From Spirochaetia bacterium (GTDB lineage Bacteria > Spirochaetota > Spirochaetia > DSM-2461): a DNA stretch of 64,000 bases. Location of the stretch: positions 1,248,001 to 1,312,000 of the forward strand of contig CAXXIA010000001.1 in the NCBI GenBank assembly GCA_963666985.2. The letters run 5' to 3'. The notes beneath the pieces were generated by a model. The model was not told the DNA's origin and did not search any database. It worked only from the letters and a program-made list of their open reading frames with translations. The position numbers and the translations under genes were made by a program. Shown here one piece after another: positions 10,453 through 19,632 of the stretch (position 1 is the first letter of the stretch; each line of letters opens with the position of its first letter).

Positions 10453-11766
10453 TTAAAGAAGACCCTCGTCTTTAACTATAGCCGTAATCTCGTCCTGCAT
10501 TATGGCCAGGGCCTCCTTTGGAGTCGTTATTCCGGAGACCACTTCGCTCAAGCGGCTTTCAATAACTTCATCAATTCTGGGCCAACAGGGAATCCGAGGA
10601 TAGGCGACCAGGGCATCTTGCGACATTTTAATCGCATCGAGAAACCGCAGAGAATCCATTCCTTTCGAATCCATGGCATCGGAACGAACCGGCACACCGC
10701 CGTTTTCCGCGAAAAACTGCTGAGATTCTTGCGATGTAAACCACGTAAGAAATTCATAAGCTCTCCGTTTTCTGGCATCATCAATATTGTGAGGAATCCC
10801 CATTGAAAGAACGCCTGTATGAACGGCATGAACCCCGTTCGCGGGTCTCGGCACGACCGTGTAGGCAATTTGTCCCGGAACGGCCGATTTTTTCGGATCA
10901 TCCATCTGAGCATTGGCTCCGGCCACGACAATTGTCTGAAGAAGCTGCCCGCCGGCCAAAAGAGCGATTTGTTCGGATTGACCGACCGTACTGACTCCCG
11001 GAGGAGAATAATTCAAAGCCAAATCGGCATAGAACGTAAGAGCTTCAAGCGCTTCGGGCGTATCCAAGACCACCGTGAAATCGCGTGGAGCATCTTTAAA
11101 GATATCTCCGCCGAATCCTCTTAAGTAAGGATAAAAATCCCATCCCAAAGCCATATGGCCTTTCTGACCGCGTACGGCATAAGGATAGATTCCGGGATTC
11201 CGCTCGGAAATGATCCTGCAGGCGGCTTTCACGTCATCCCAGGTTTCAGGAGCGGATAAGCCGGCTTTGTCGTATAGATCTTTTCGATAGTAGAAAATTT
11301 GTATATTGCCGTTAACGGGCAAAGAATAAGGTTCTCCGGTAACAGACGGATACTGTTTTTCTTCATCCCAGCAGTTCAAACCGTCATACGTTAGAAACGC
11401 GGAGTCCATCGTAAAATTCGGATCAATTTCCCTAAGAGGCGTTACAAGACCATCGGCATAAAATTTGGCGCACATGCTCTCGTTCATCGTGATCAAATCG
11501 AATTCGCTTTCTTTTGAAGTTGTTGCCGAAAGACCGCGTTCGGACATTGTTTTAAACGGAAACGCCCTGATATCCACCGGGATTCCCGTTTGCTCCTCGT
11601 AAGCTTTCGACAATTCCCTAAATGCCGGCAGCCATGGTGATTCATTAATACAGATGATTACGGGCTCGGCCGTTGGTTCGGCCTCGTCCGTTCCGCTGGC
11701 AAATAAGGCCATTGTTCCGATTATCATGATCAAAACGATCATTCCGATGTGCAGAATCCTTTTCAT
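10453..11766 (-). CDS. Sugar ABC transporter extracellular solute-binding protein (family 1)
   Basis: ATG 11766 after AAGGAG; spirochaetal LFAxG signal peptide; YYRKDLYDKAGLSAPETWDD motif. Confidence 0.9.
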   Translation of the reverse strand: MKRILHIGMIVLIMIIGTMALFASGTDEAEPTAEPVIICINESPWLPAFRELSKAYEEQTGIPVDIRAFPFKTMSERGLSATTSKESEFDLITMNESMCAKFYADGLVTPLREIDPNFTMDSAFLTYDGLNCWDEEKQYPSVTGEPYSLPVNGNIQIFYYRKDLYDKAGLSAPETWDDVKAACRIISERNPGIYPYAVRGQKGHMALGWDFYPYLRGFGGDIFKDAPRDFTVVLDTPEALEALTFYADLALNYSPPGVSTVGQSEQIALLAGGQLLQTIVVAGANAQMDDPKKSAVPGQIAYTVVPRPANGVHAVHTGVLSMGIPHNIDDARKRRAYEFLTWFTSQESQQFFAENGGVPVRSDAMDSKGMDSLRFLDAIKMSQDALVAYPRIPCWPRIDEVIESRLSEVVSGITTPKEALAIMQDEITAIVKDEGLL

Positions 11767-11786
11767 AAAGCACTCCTTCAACATTA

Positions 11787-11800
11787 TTTACTCGTGTAAA
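11787..11800. promoter_or_regulatory. LacI-family operator, copy 1 (upstream of binding-protein gene)
   Basis: TTTACTCGTGTAAA, near-perfect palindrome with central CG; identical copy at 12821. Confidence 0.8.
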
Positions 11801-11822
11801 CTTTTACACAAATAATTTCCTA

Positions 11823-12803
11823 TTATGCCGATTCTCCTTCGATCAAATCCGATTCCCATTCGGCGTAAGAGGATTTTTTCTTCTGAATTCCATTAAGCAG
11901 CATCTCAATCGCCGACAAACTGATCCGATCGATATGAACATCGACGGTTGTTAACCTGGGCGACATCATTGAGGCAAAACGAATATTGTCGAAACCCGCG
12001 ACCGCCAAATCTTCGGGCACCCTGATATGGCGAGATCTGAGAATATTAAGGATTTCTATTGCAATGGCATCGTTTCCGGAAACGACCGCGGTCATAACTC
12101 CGCCTTTGAGAATCTTATCCAGAATTTTCGCAAGCCCGATTCGATCTTCGACGGTGTTGATGGTAAAAACTTCACATTTTCCGTCATGACTCTCAATAAA
12201 ATTTTTAAATGCTTTAAAACGATAATTGTGCGGATCGTTTATATTGATTCGTGCCGAAGATACAAAGGCGAAGTTTTCGTGTCCCTTGCCCGCTAAATAT
12301 TCCATCAGTTTCGACATACCCTCATAGAGATTGGTATTGATGAGAGACACCTCGGAAGATAAATCCGGATAATCGCTGTTGGGGGTAAGAACAACCGGGA
12401 TTCCCTGACTTACAATTGTATTAATTTCTTTTGATGTAAAAACATCGGAACAAATGAAAATTCCATCCACCTGATACTGAAGAATTAAATTGATACGCTC
12501 GTCGTTGTAGCCCACATCGTTCACGGAAAGCATATAACCGTTGTCATACGCGGCCTGCGTTACCTTAGCGGCCATTTGTGAAAAGAAAGGATTATTGAAG
12601 TCGTTACAGATAAACGCCAATTGATGGGATCTGTTTGTTTTCAGGCTTCGTGCCAAAAGATTCGGCTTATACCCCAAGTCCCGAATAGCCGCCTCAACTT
12701 TCTCCCGTGTTTTTAAGCTGACATAGTTGGAGTTATTTATAACATATGAGACGACAGGTTCGGAGACTCCCGCACGTTTTGCAACATCCTTTCTTGTAAC
12801 CAA
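11823..12803 (-). CDS. LacI-family transcriptional regulator
   Basis: TRKDVAKRAGVS--VVSYVIN HTH, Y-PN--ARSL hinge, VPEDLAVAGFDN, P-LTTV. Confidence 0.95.
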   Translation of the reverse strand: MVTRKDVAKRAGVSEPVVSYVINNSNYVSLKTREKVEAAIRDLGYKPNLLARSLKTNRSHQLAFICNDFNNPFFSQMAAKVTQAAYDNGYMLSVNDVGYNDERINLILQYQVDGIFICSDVFTSKEINTIVSQGIPVVLTPNSDYPDLSSEVSLINTNLYEGMSKLMEYLAGKGHENFAFVSSARININDPHNYRFKAFKNFIESHDGKCEVFTINTVEDRIGLAKILDKILKGGVMTAVVSGNDAIAIEILNILRSRHIRVPEDLAVAGFDNIRFASMMSPRLTTVDVHIDRISLSAIEMLLNGIQKKKSSYAEWESDLIEGESA

Positions 12804-12820
12804 AAAAACTCCGTCGTCTA

Positions 12821-12834
12821 TTTACTCGTGTAAA
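12821..12834. promoter_or_regulatory. LacI-family operator, copy 2 (upstream of the regulator gene)
   Basis: TTTACTCGTGTAAA identical to 11787-11800 (16 identical nt including flank). Confidence 0.8.
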
Positions 12835-13022
12835 TCCATCCCAAGGATATAGTGGCTCCGCTTCGCTGTCAAGAAAAACACGGGGGGAACGGAATCATCA
12901 CTCATGAGATCCGGCTTCGAATCCTTTCCCGAATGTCCAACATATTCCATACAGCCGCCGATTCCCGGCTTCGCTCACACGGACATCGCAATTCAGAATT
13001 AACGATTGACAGGCTTTATGTA

Positions 13023-13416
13023 ATCTCCGCTACGCGGAGCTCTTCGGCGGCTCAGGGATATCCAAGCAAGCTTGGCTGCTTCACCCGCTCTTCTCGAGCT
13101 TCGGTATAATTTATGGAATCACAAGAATTTATCGAGTCCATTTCCGCTTTTGGCTCACATGGACATCATAAATTCTGAGCAATCTTTCGACTTTAAGCGA
13201 TCTCCGCTGCGCGGAGCTCTTCGGCGGATCAGGGATATCCAAGCAAGCTTGGCTGCCCCACTCGCTCTTCTCGAGCTTCGGTTCAATTCGTGAAATTACA
13301 GAAAGTTACGACGGGATCGTTCCTCACTTCATTGCGGTACGACCCTAAATCCGAGTCCGCTTCCGTTTCACTCTCACGGACATCGTAACTTTCATAATTT
13401 CCCTACGAATTGGACC
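13023..13416. repeat. Tandem pair of modular hairpin (REP/MITE-like) repeats
   Basis: Units start at 13023 and 13200 (ATCTCCGCTRCGCGGAGCTCTTCGGCGG.TCAGGGATATCCAAGCAAGCTTGGCTGC...), about 85 nt nearly identical then more diverged; unit 2 ends in an inverted-repeat-bounded segment GGTTCAATTCGT...ACGAATTGGACC (13280-13416). Confidence 0.85.
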
Positions 13417-13420
13417 TTCT

Positions 13421-15058
13421 CTATATCATCAGTCTTTCATGATGGCCGCCGTAGAGTTTGTCCCGAAGGGCGGCGACGTCCACATTCTCCAGGTAATCCT
13501 CGAAAGTCATGCGTCTGTCGATAACACCGCCAGGGGTAAACTCGATAATGCGATTGGCGATGGTGTTGATGAACTGATGGTCGTGGCTGGCGAAAATAAC
13601 GGAACCGGAAAAATCCGTCAGACCGTTATTCAGACTGGTAATGGACTCCAAATCCAGATGCCCGGTCGGATCGTCCAAAATCAAGACATTGGCTCCGCTG
13701 AGCATCATTTTCGAAAGCAGGCAGCGGACCTTCTCCCCACCCGAAAGAACCTTTACCTTCTTGAGCGACTCATCCTGAGTAAAAAGCATCCGCCCTAAAA
13801 ATCCGCGAATATAAGCCTCATCCTGTTCCACCGAATACTGCCGCAGCCAGTCGGTCATGTTCAAATCATTGTCGAAGAAACGTCCGTTGTCCTTCGGAAA
13901 ATAATCGAATTTCGTGGTGACTCCCCATTTGATATCACCGGAATCAGGAGAATCGTCTCCGGCGATGATATTCATAAAGGCCGTTTTGGCGGGGTTATTG
14001 GGTCCGACGAAGCCTATCTTGTCGCCGCCCTGAACACTGAAATCCCATCCCTTAAAGAGAACCTCGCCGTCAAGGGATTTTGACAAACCTTCGACTTCCA
14101 GAACGATCTTTCCCAATTCCCTTTCCGGCGTGAAGCCGCAGAAAGGGAAACGGCGGGAACTTCTGGGCAGGCTGTCCAGATCAAGCTTTTCCAATTCCTT
14201 CATCCGGCTCGTGGCCTGCCGGCTCTTGGCGGCGTTGGCCGCGAAGCGCTGAATAAAGGCCTTGAGTTCCGCGGCCCGAGCCTCGGCTTTTTTCTGCTGA
14301 TCCTTCTGCTGCCGTGCCATAAGCTGGCTGGCCTGCTGCCAGAACGAATAGTTCCCCACGTAAAGGCTTATTTTTCCAAAGTCGATATCGGCGATATGAG
14401 TGCAGACCTTGTTCAAAAAATGCCTGTCATGGCTGACGACGATAACCGTGTTGTTGAATTTTAAAAGAAAATCTTCCAGCCACCTGATGGATTCAATATC
14501 CAAATGGTTCGTCGGCTCGTCCAGAAGAAGAATATCCGGATTGCCGAAGAGAGCTTGAGCGATGAGAACACGAACCTTGAGGTTCTCCTCCATATCGGCC
14601 ATAAGGATATCGTGCATTCCGTCGTCGATGCCCAATCCCGCCAAAAGCGTGGCGGCTTCACTCTCGGCCTCATATCCGCCCATCTCGGCGAACTCACCTT
14701 CAAGCTCCGCGACACGCATTCCCTCTTCGTCGGTCATATCGGCTTTGGAGTAAATCTCCTCACGTTCCTTCATCACCTCATAGAGTTTGTCATGTCCGCG
14801 GATCACCGAATGGAGGACCGTATACGCATCGAACGCATCCCGCTTCTGCGCCAATACGGCCATTCGAAGACCGGCGGGGATATTCACCTGGCCCGTATCG
14901 TAATCCTGCTCGCCCGAGAGAATTTTAAGAAACGTTGATTTCCCGGAACCGTTGGCCCCGATAAGACCGTAGCAGTTCCCGGGTGTGAATTTAATATTGA
15001 CATCCTTAAAAAGAAGTCGCTTCCCGAAGGACAGACTGACGTCAGAGACGCTGAGCAT
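13421..15058 (-). CDS. ABC-F family ATP-binding protein (YbiT/YkpA-like)
   Basis: Two ABC domains without TMs: GANGSGKST, LLDEPTNHLD, SHDR, LSGGEK. Confidence 0.93.
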   Translation of the reverse strand: MLSVSDVSLSFGKRLLFKDVNIKFTPGNCYGLIGANGSGKSTFLKILSGEQDYDTGQVNIPAGLRMAVLAQKRDAFDAYTVLHSVIRGHDKLYEVMKEREEIYSKADMTDEEGMRVAELEGEFAEMGGYEAESEAATLLAGLGIDDGMHDILMADMEENLKVRVLIAQALFGNPDILLLDEPTNHLDIESIRWLEDFLLKFNNTVIVVSHDRHFLNKVCTHIADIDFGKISLYVGNYSFWQQASQLMARQQKDQQKKAEARAAELKAFIQRFAANAAKSRQATSRMKELEKLDLDSLPRSSRRFPFCGFTPERELGKIVLEVEGLSKSLDGEVLFKGWDFSVQGGDKIGFVGPNNPAKTAFMNIIAGDDSPDSGDIKWGVTTKFDYFPKDNGRFFDNDLNMTDWLRQYSVEQDEAYIRGFLGRMLFTQDESLKKVKVLSGGEKVRCLLSKMMLSGANVLILDDPTGHLDLESITSLNNGLTDFSGSVIFASHDHQFINTIANRIIEFTPGGVIDRRMTFEDYLENVDVAALRDKLYGGHHERLMI

Positions 15059-15235
15059 AATGTTATCTCCTGGTTAACCGAAATAATTTACAAATGATTC
15101 TTTCGTTCCGGCGGCCGATATTGTTTGGCTTCAATAAGACGTTGTGGAATCGGTATTTGAATTATCATGGAGAGGAGCGGGGAGTCAAGGGTAACGGCTG
15201 ATCGGAAGCGGTTGAACGTCTTGTAAAACGGCCTG

Positions 15236-17200
15236 TTAATCCAAGCCGCTGAGATACCCCATCGCCTCGTTTTCGGCATCCCGAACGTACTTCATCAAAT
15301 CCTCGTCCGAAAGAGCCGAAAATTCTCCAATTGTCGATGACGCATCAGAATCCACGTCTTTCTCGTAGCGCACATAGGTGGTCTGATAGAACGCCAGCCG
15401 CTTTTCCGGGTGGATTCCGAAAGAAAGAATCGTTCCCGCTCCTTCACGAAGAAGACACATCTTCTCCCGAAGATCTTCTTCGGATTCCACCGACCAAACG
15501 CCGAGATAGATGGGATTATCGTCGTTGTTCACATCCCCGACGAACTCGCCTCTGAGCATCGTGGACCTCACTCCGCCGAGATAAGGCACGAAATCAAGAT
15601 GCTCGGCCAGTTTTCTGTCCGTGGCCAGGAATCTGCCGTCCGCCGGATTCAATGTAAAGATGATAACATTATCAACCGCTTGGCCGTAACTCTTAAAGAG
15701 TGCGCCGGAATACTCATCCAGGTCGATGCACGAAGACAATTCATTATATCGAATGCAGATACGTCTCGCCATCGTCGAAAGCCATGAATTGAGCGCACGA
15801 TGCTCACCTTTCCATTCGCTCACGCGCCTTTCGAATTCCTCTTCGGAAATATTTCCCTGAAAATAGGCCAGGATTTCACGATAAAGATCTCTGATGTTAT
15901 AATGGCGGCTGAAACGTTCAAGGAGTTCAAATAGAAAGATCTCTTTTTGCCGCAAACGCCATATTTCGGCTATCACGTCGGTTCGACTGGAAGATTCGCT
16001 GATTTCCAACTCCTCCTGCAGTCCCTGAAGAACATGAAATTGTCTTTGAAGAGCCGAAAAACTCTTGGTAAGTCCCGAGGCAGACCGTTCAAAACGAATA
16101 CTCCATTCGGTTCCGACGCCTACCGTGCTTTTTATGCTGAGCATCTCGGGGCCGAAAACGGTCCAAACCTGCATGGTTCCGAAACCCTCGCCTTTACCGT
16201 CGGCTTTTGTCGATTTTCCAATAAAAGCGGGTTTCCCTTCGGAATCGAGCTCCAGAAGTTCGGGCGGTATCCCGGTTCCATTATCCGCGATACGCAGAAC
16301 GACATGCGTCCGCTCTTCATCTTCCAAAGCGATATACAATCGCGGATCTCTGCCTGTTTCCGACATGGCGTCGATGGCGTTCGAGGTAAGGTTTACCAGA
16401 GCGCGGCTGATATTCAGCCAATGCCCCAAAACCGTCGGTTTTGCCGCGGAAAACACGATGGTCAACTCAATGTTCCCCGGCGCCGCTTCCACATAGGGAA
16501 TCAGACGATCTCTGATTAAATCTTTAAGATTCACCTCATGGGCCATGGCCATGGAATCCCTATAGGAATTCAGCATACTCATTAAGGTTGTTGTTTCGCG
16601 GTTGATGTCCTCGATGATTCGGCCGGCGTTTTCCGGAGCCAAAGCATTCACCATGGCCATCAGAGAACTTAAGGTCTTCCGGGCGTCGTGGCGGGTTCGG
16701 CCAATCTCATCCTCGGCGGGAGGTTTGTGTTCGATGGTACCGATGTGTTCCAAAATCTGTGATTTATACGCCGACAATCGGTGATAGACCATATTTCGAT
16801 ACACGATACTCTCTTCGGGGCCGAAACCTTTATGCCCGAAAAAATCAACCGTATCGTGCTGTCTTTCCCAGACATAAAGATAAACAATGGAATCATCGGG
16901 AATATGCTCGGCCAAATAAGCGATGAAGGCCGTTCCGATGCCGCGGCCGCGGCCGTAAGGACTCGTTACGATTTTATAAATAAGATATTCACTTTCATCG
17001 CCGGAGACATAGGTAAGGATATAGCCGAGGATTTCACCTTCCTCAATCCACACATAACTGTGATCGAAATCCTGCCGCATCGTAGGTTCTTTAATATAGG
17101 GAGAGGGAATTATAAAGGTATCGATATTCAAAAGAGGATTTATTTTAATTCGTTCCTCAACCGCCGGTGTGAGGGGGTAAATCGCCTTTGTTTCGGCCAT
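15236..17200 (-). CDS. GNAT acetyltransferase - histidine kinase fusion with unknown C-terminal domain
   Basis: GNAT motif A VTSPYGRGRGIG; H-box-like RHDARKTLSSL; N-box ALVNLTSNAIDA; G1 IADNGTGIP; G2 STK--GKGEGFG; no TM segment. Confidence 0.8.
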   Translation of the reverse strand: MAETKAIYPLTPAVEERIKINPLLNIDTFIIPSPYIKEPTMRQDFDHSYVWIEEGEILGYILTYVSGDESEYLIYKIVTSPYGRGRGIGTAFIAYLAEHIPDDSIVYLYVWERQHDTVDFFGHKGFGPEESIVYRNMVYHRLSAYKSQILEHIGTIEHKPPAEDEIGRTRHDARKTLSSLMAMVNALAPENAGRIIEDINRETTTLMSMLNSYRDSMAMAHEVNLKDLIRDRLIPYVEAAPGNIELTIVFSAAKPTVLGHWLNISRALVNLTSNAIDAMSETGRDPRLYIALEDEERTHVVLRIADNGTGIPPELLELDSEGKPAFIGKSTKADGKGEGFGTMQVWTVFGPEMLSIKSTVGVGTEWSIRFERSASGLTKSFSALQRQFHVLQGLQEELEISESSSRTDVIAEIWRLRQKEIFLFELLERFSRHYNIRDLYREILAYFQGNISEEEFERRVSEWKGEHRALNSWLSTMARRICIRYNELSSCIDLDEYSGALFKSYGQAVDNVIIFTLNPADGRFLATDRKLAEHLDFVPYLGGVRSTMLRGEFVGDVNNDDNPIYLGVWSVESEEDLREKMCLLREGAGTILSFGIHPEKRLAFYQTTYVRYEKDVDSDASSTIGEFSALSDEDLMKYVRDAENEAMGYLSGLD

Positions 17201-17350
17201 GAGGTAAGTCTACCCCGAAGTTGAACACCATGCACGAGCGGATTATTCGATTCCAAATCTTTTATAAACGGATTCGGCCTCGCTAAGTCTTCCTTACGCC
17301 CCGATGGGACTTAAAACCGTCCTCGCTCTTTTATGCAGGTTCATGACACC

Positions 17351-18967
17351 TCATGATCCATTCAGCATCTTGAAGTTCTTTTTATTCGAAGCGTAAAGAC
17401 TTTTAAAAACCCGATAGTTTTTCCTATAAGCGTCTTTCAAAGAAGCATCCGGTTTGAAAGTATCTTCGGTTTCAAGATAATCGGCGGCATGTTCCAGACT
17501 CTCTATGGCGCCAAGCCCCACGCCCATGGTAATCGCCGCCCCGGCGGACCCCGCATGCCTAGGATCGGTCAAACGTCTGACCGGACGTTCCAGAATGTCC
17601 GAAAGCATCTGGGCTATAACGGGCGAAAGCGCTCCTCCGCCGACAAAGGCGATTTCACCCGATACGGGGAAACTCGCTTCGATAGACTCGAAAAGCCACT
17701 TTTGATGAAAGATGATTCCTTCGACAACAGCTCTGACCATGGCGCTCTTTCCGGTATCCAGAGAAAGATTAAAAAAGAGTCCCCGAGCGGCCGGATCCTC
17801 AAAAGGAGCCCGATTCCCGTGAAGCCAGGGTGTAAAAATCACCCCCTCGGCTCCCGCCGGAACCGTGCCGATCGTATCGATGAGAAAGTCATAAAGATTT
17901 TCATAAGCCGATTCGGGTCCGATTGCCGGATGCGATCCCAAATAAAGATCTATTTCATCCAAAGCCAGATGATCCCGAACCCATTCCAAACATTTTCCGG
18001 CGGTCTCCTGCTCGGCGAAATACAGGTATCGGTCGTGCTGAGCGCCGGTTATGGAGGCTATACGCCGACCCACGTCAACCTTGAATCGATCCACGGTTAA
18101 AGAAACCCAGCCCGATGTTCCCGTATAAACATAGGCATCACCTGTGCGTGTGGCGCCCGCTCCCACACTGATCATGGAAGCATCCCCGCCCCCGCCGAAT
18201 ACCGGCGTTCCGGGAAGCAAACCCAGTTCCGAAGCGGCCTCGGAAGTTAATCCACCCACCCTATCGGTGGAAGCGACAATCTTCGGCATATGCTTAGGGT
18301 TCACCCCGTACATTTTCAGCAAAGCCGGACTCCACGCGCGATGATTCGCCTTCTTGGCGGTAAGAAAAGTCGCGAAAGCCGAATCGGCCGTCATGGTGCA
18401 GATGCCGGTGGCACGAGCGATAAGATAATCCTTCACATCGAACCACTTGTAGGTCTCGGCGAACACCTCCGGCTCGTTTTCTTTTACCCAGAGGTACTTC
18501 CAAACAGGATCTTTCACGCTGGCGGAAATCGCGCCGTTGATGATCAAGCTTTTCATCAATTTGGGGGCGTTCATGCCCTCGATCCGCAGCCCCCGTTCCA
18601 GAATCCGAGCTTTCTGATTACCCGAACGCTGATCCATATAGCTCATGGCCGGCCGCAGAGCCTTCAAATCCTTATCCACCAGGACAAGCCCCTGCATCTG
18701 GGCACTGAAGGAAATCCCGGCTATGGGAAGCCCTCCCGTTCGTTCCATAACGGTCCGCGTCGTCTCGGACATGGCGCGCCACCAGTCGTCGGGATTCTGT
18801 TCGATGCCGTTACTTCCGACACTTATGAGTTCATACTCGGCAAGCTCGCCGTCAATAAAGGTCAGTCTGTCGTCCAGCCGGTAAAGACAGGTTTTACAGC
18901 CTGTCGATCCGATGTCATAACTCATCAGGAACAGAGGTTCCGCGCGCTTTTCCATGGAGCCGTTCAT
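17351..18967 (-). CDS. FGGY-family carbohydrate kinase (xylulokinase/fuculokinase-like)
   Basis: YDIGSTGCKT, EQNPDDWW, ISFSAQMQG, GGGD, YTGTSGW, PWLHGNRAP, VGGGA. Confidence 0.92.
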   Translation of the reverse strand: MNGSMEKRAEPLFLMSYDIGSTGCKTCLYRLDDRLTFIDGELAEYELISVGSNGIEQNPDDWWRAMSETTRTVMERTGGLPIAGISFSAQMQGLVLVDKDLKALRPAMSYMDQRSGNQKARILERGLRIEGMNAPKLMKSLIINGAISASVKDPVWKYLWVKENEPEVFAETYKWFDVKDYLIARATGICTMTADSAFATFLTAKKANHRAWSPALLKMYGVNPKHMPKIVASTDRVGGLTSEAASELGLLPGTPVFGGGGDASMISVGAGATRTGDAYVYTGTSGWVSLTVDRFKVDVGRRIASITGAQHDRYLYFAEQETAGKCLEWVRDHLALDEIDLYLGSHPAIGPESAYENLYDFLIDTIGTVPAGAEGVIFTPWLHGNRAPFEDPAARGLFFNLSLDTGKSAMVRAVVEGIIFHQKWLFESIEASFPVSGEIAFVGGGALSPVIAQMLSDILERPVRRLTDPRHAGSAGAAITMGVGLGAIESLEHAADYLETEDTFKPDASLKDAYRKNYRVFKSLYASNKKNFKMLNGS

Positions 18968-19632
18968 CCGATAATCCCCAGTGCCCGGCGAAGAAACGCA
19001 ACCATTTGTTCTTTCAGAAACGCTTCATCCGATGCTTTTTCTTTTCCAAGATAAATTTCCATCCGGTCCTTCCAATATTCGGAACTTAAAGAAAACTGGA
19101 GAGTCAAAAACAGATTGTCCATAAAAAACGCGGACATTTTTTCATCGCAAAACGACTCTATAAGATTTTCTTCTCTCGCCTGACTTAAAAGCGACGAATA
19201 AGCGTCCGCCGTAATGGTTTCCAGGCGGCCTGCGAGACTCCGGGCCAATTCACTGTTGCTCTCCGATGTAAACCGACAGTAAAGACGGTTCATCAGAGGA
19301 TAGATTCGCGTCGCTTCGAAAACAGCATCAACGATTCCGGAGATTTTGCCGACCAGGGACAAATCCGAAGACAAAATGGGACCTAAAGCTTTGTCGATCA
19401 GAGTAAATCCCCGATTCACAACCTCAAGGTAAAGATGCTTTTTGGATTCGAAGTATTTATAAAGAGATCCGACGCTCACACCCGCATTCTCCGCGATGAT
19501 GTTGATGTTGGCCGCGGAAAATCCTTTGTCGGCGAATTCTTCGGCCGCCGCATTTAAGATTCTGATCTGTTTTTCCTCGTCGATTCGTTCAAAAACATCT
19601 TTATGAAAAATCCGGATTTCATCCACACTCAT
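18964..19632 (-). CDS. TetR/AcrR-family transcriptional regulator
   Basis: ILNAAAEEFADKGFSAANINIIAENAGVSVGSLYKYFESK HTH. Confidence 0.93.
   Translation of the reverse strand: MSVDEIRIFHKDVFERIDEEKQIRILNAAAEEFADKGFSAANINIIAENAGVSVGSLYKYFESKKHLYLEVVNRGFTLIDKALGPILSSDLSLVGKISGIVDAVFEATRIYPLMNRLYCRFTSESNSELARSLAGRLETITADAYSSLLSQAREENLIESFCDEKMSAFFMDNLFLTLQFSLSSEYWKDRMEIYLGKEKASDEAFLKEQMVAFLRRALGIIG

Noticed and set aside
13023..13416. Repeat cluster as CRISPR or tRNA/rRNA
   Set aside because: Units are about 180-220 bp with homologous interiors; no cloverleaf, T-loop or rRNA signature
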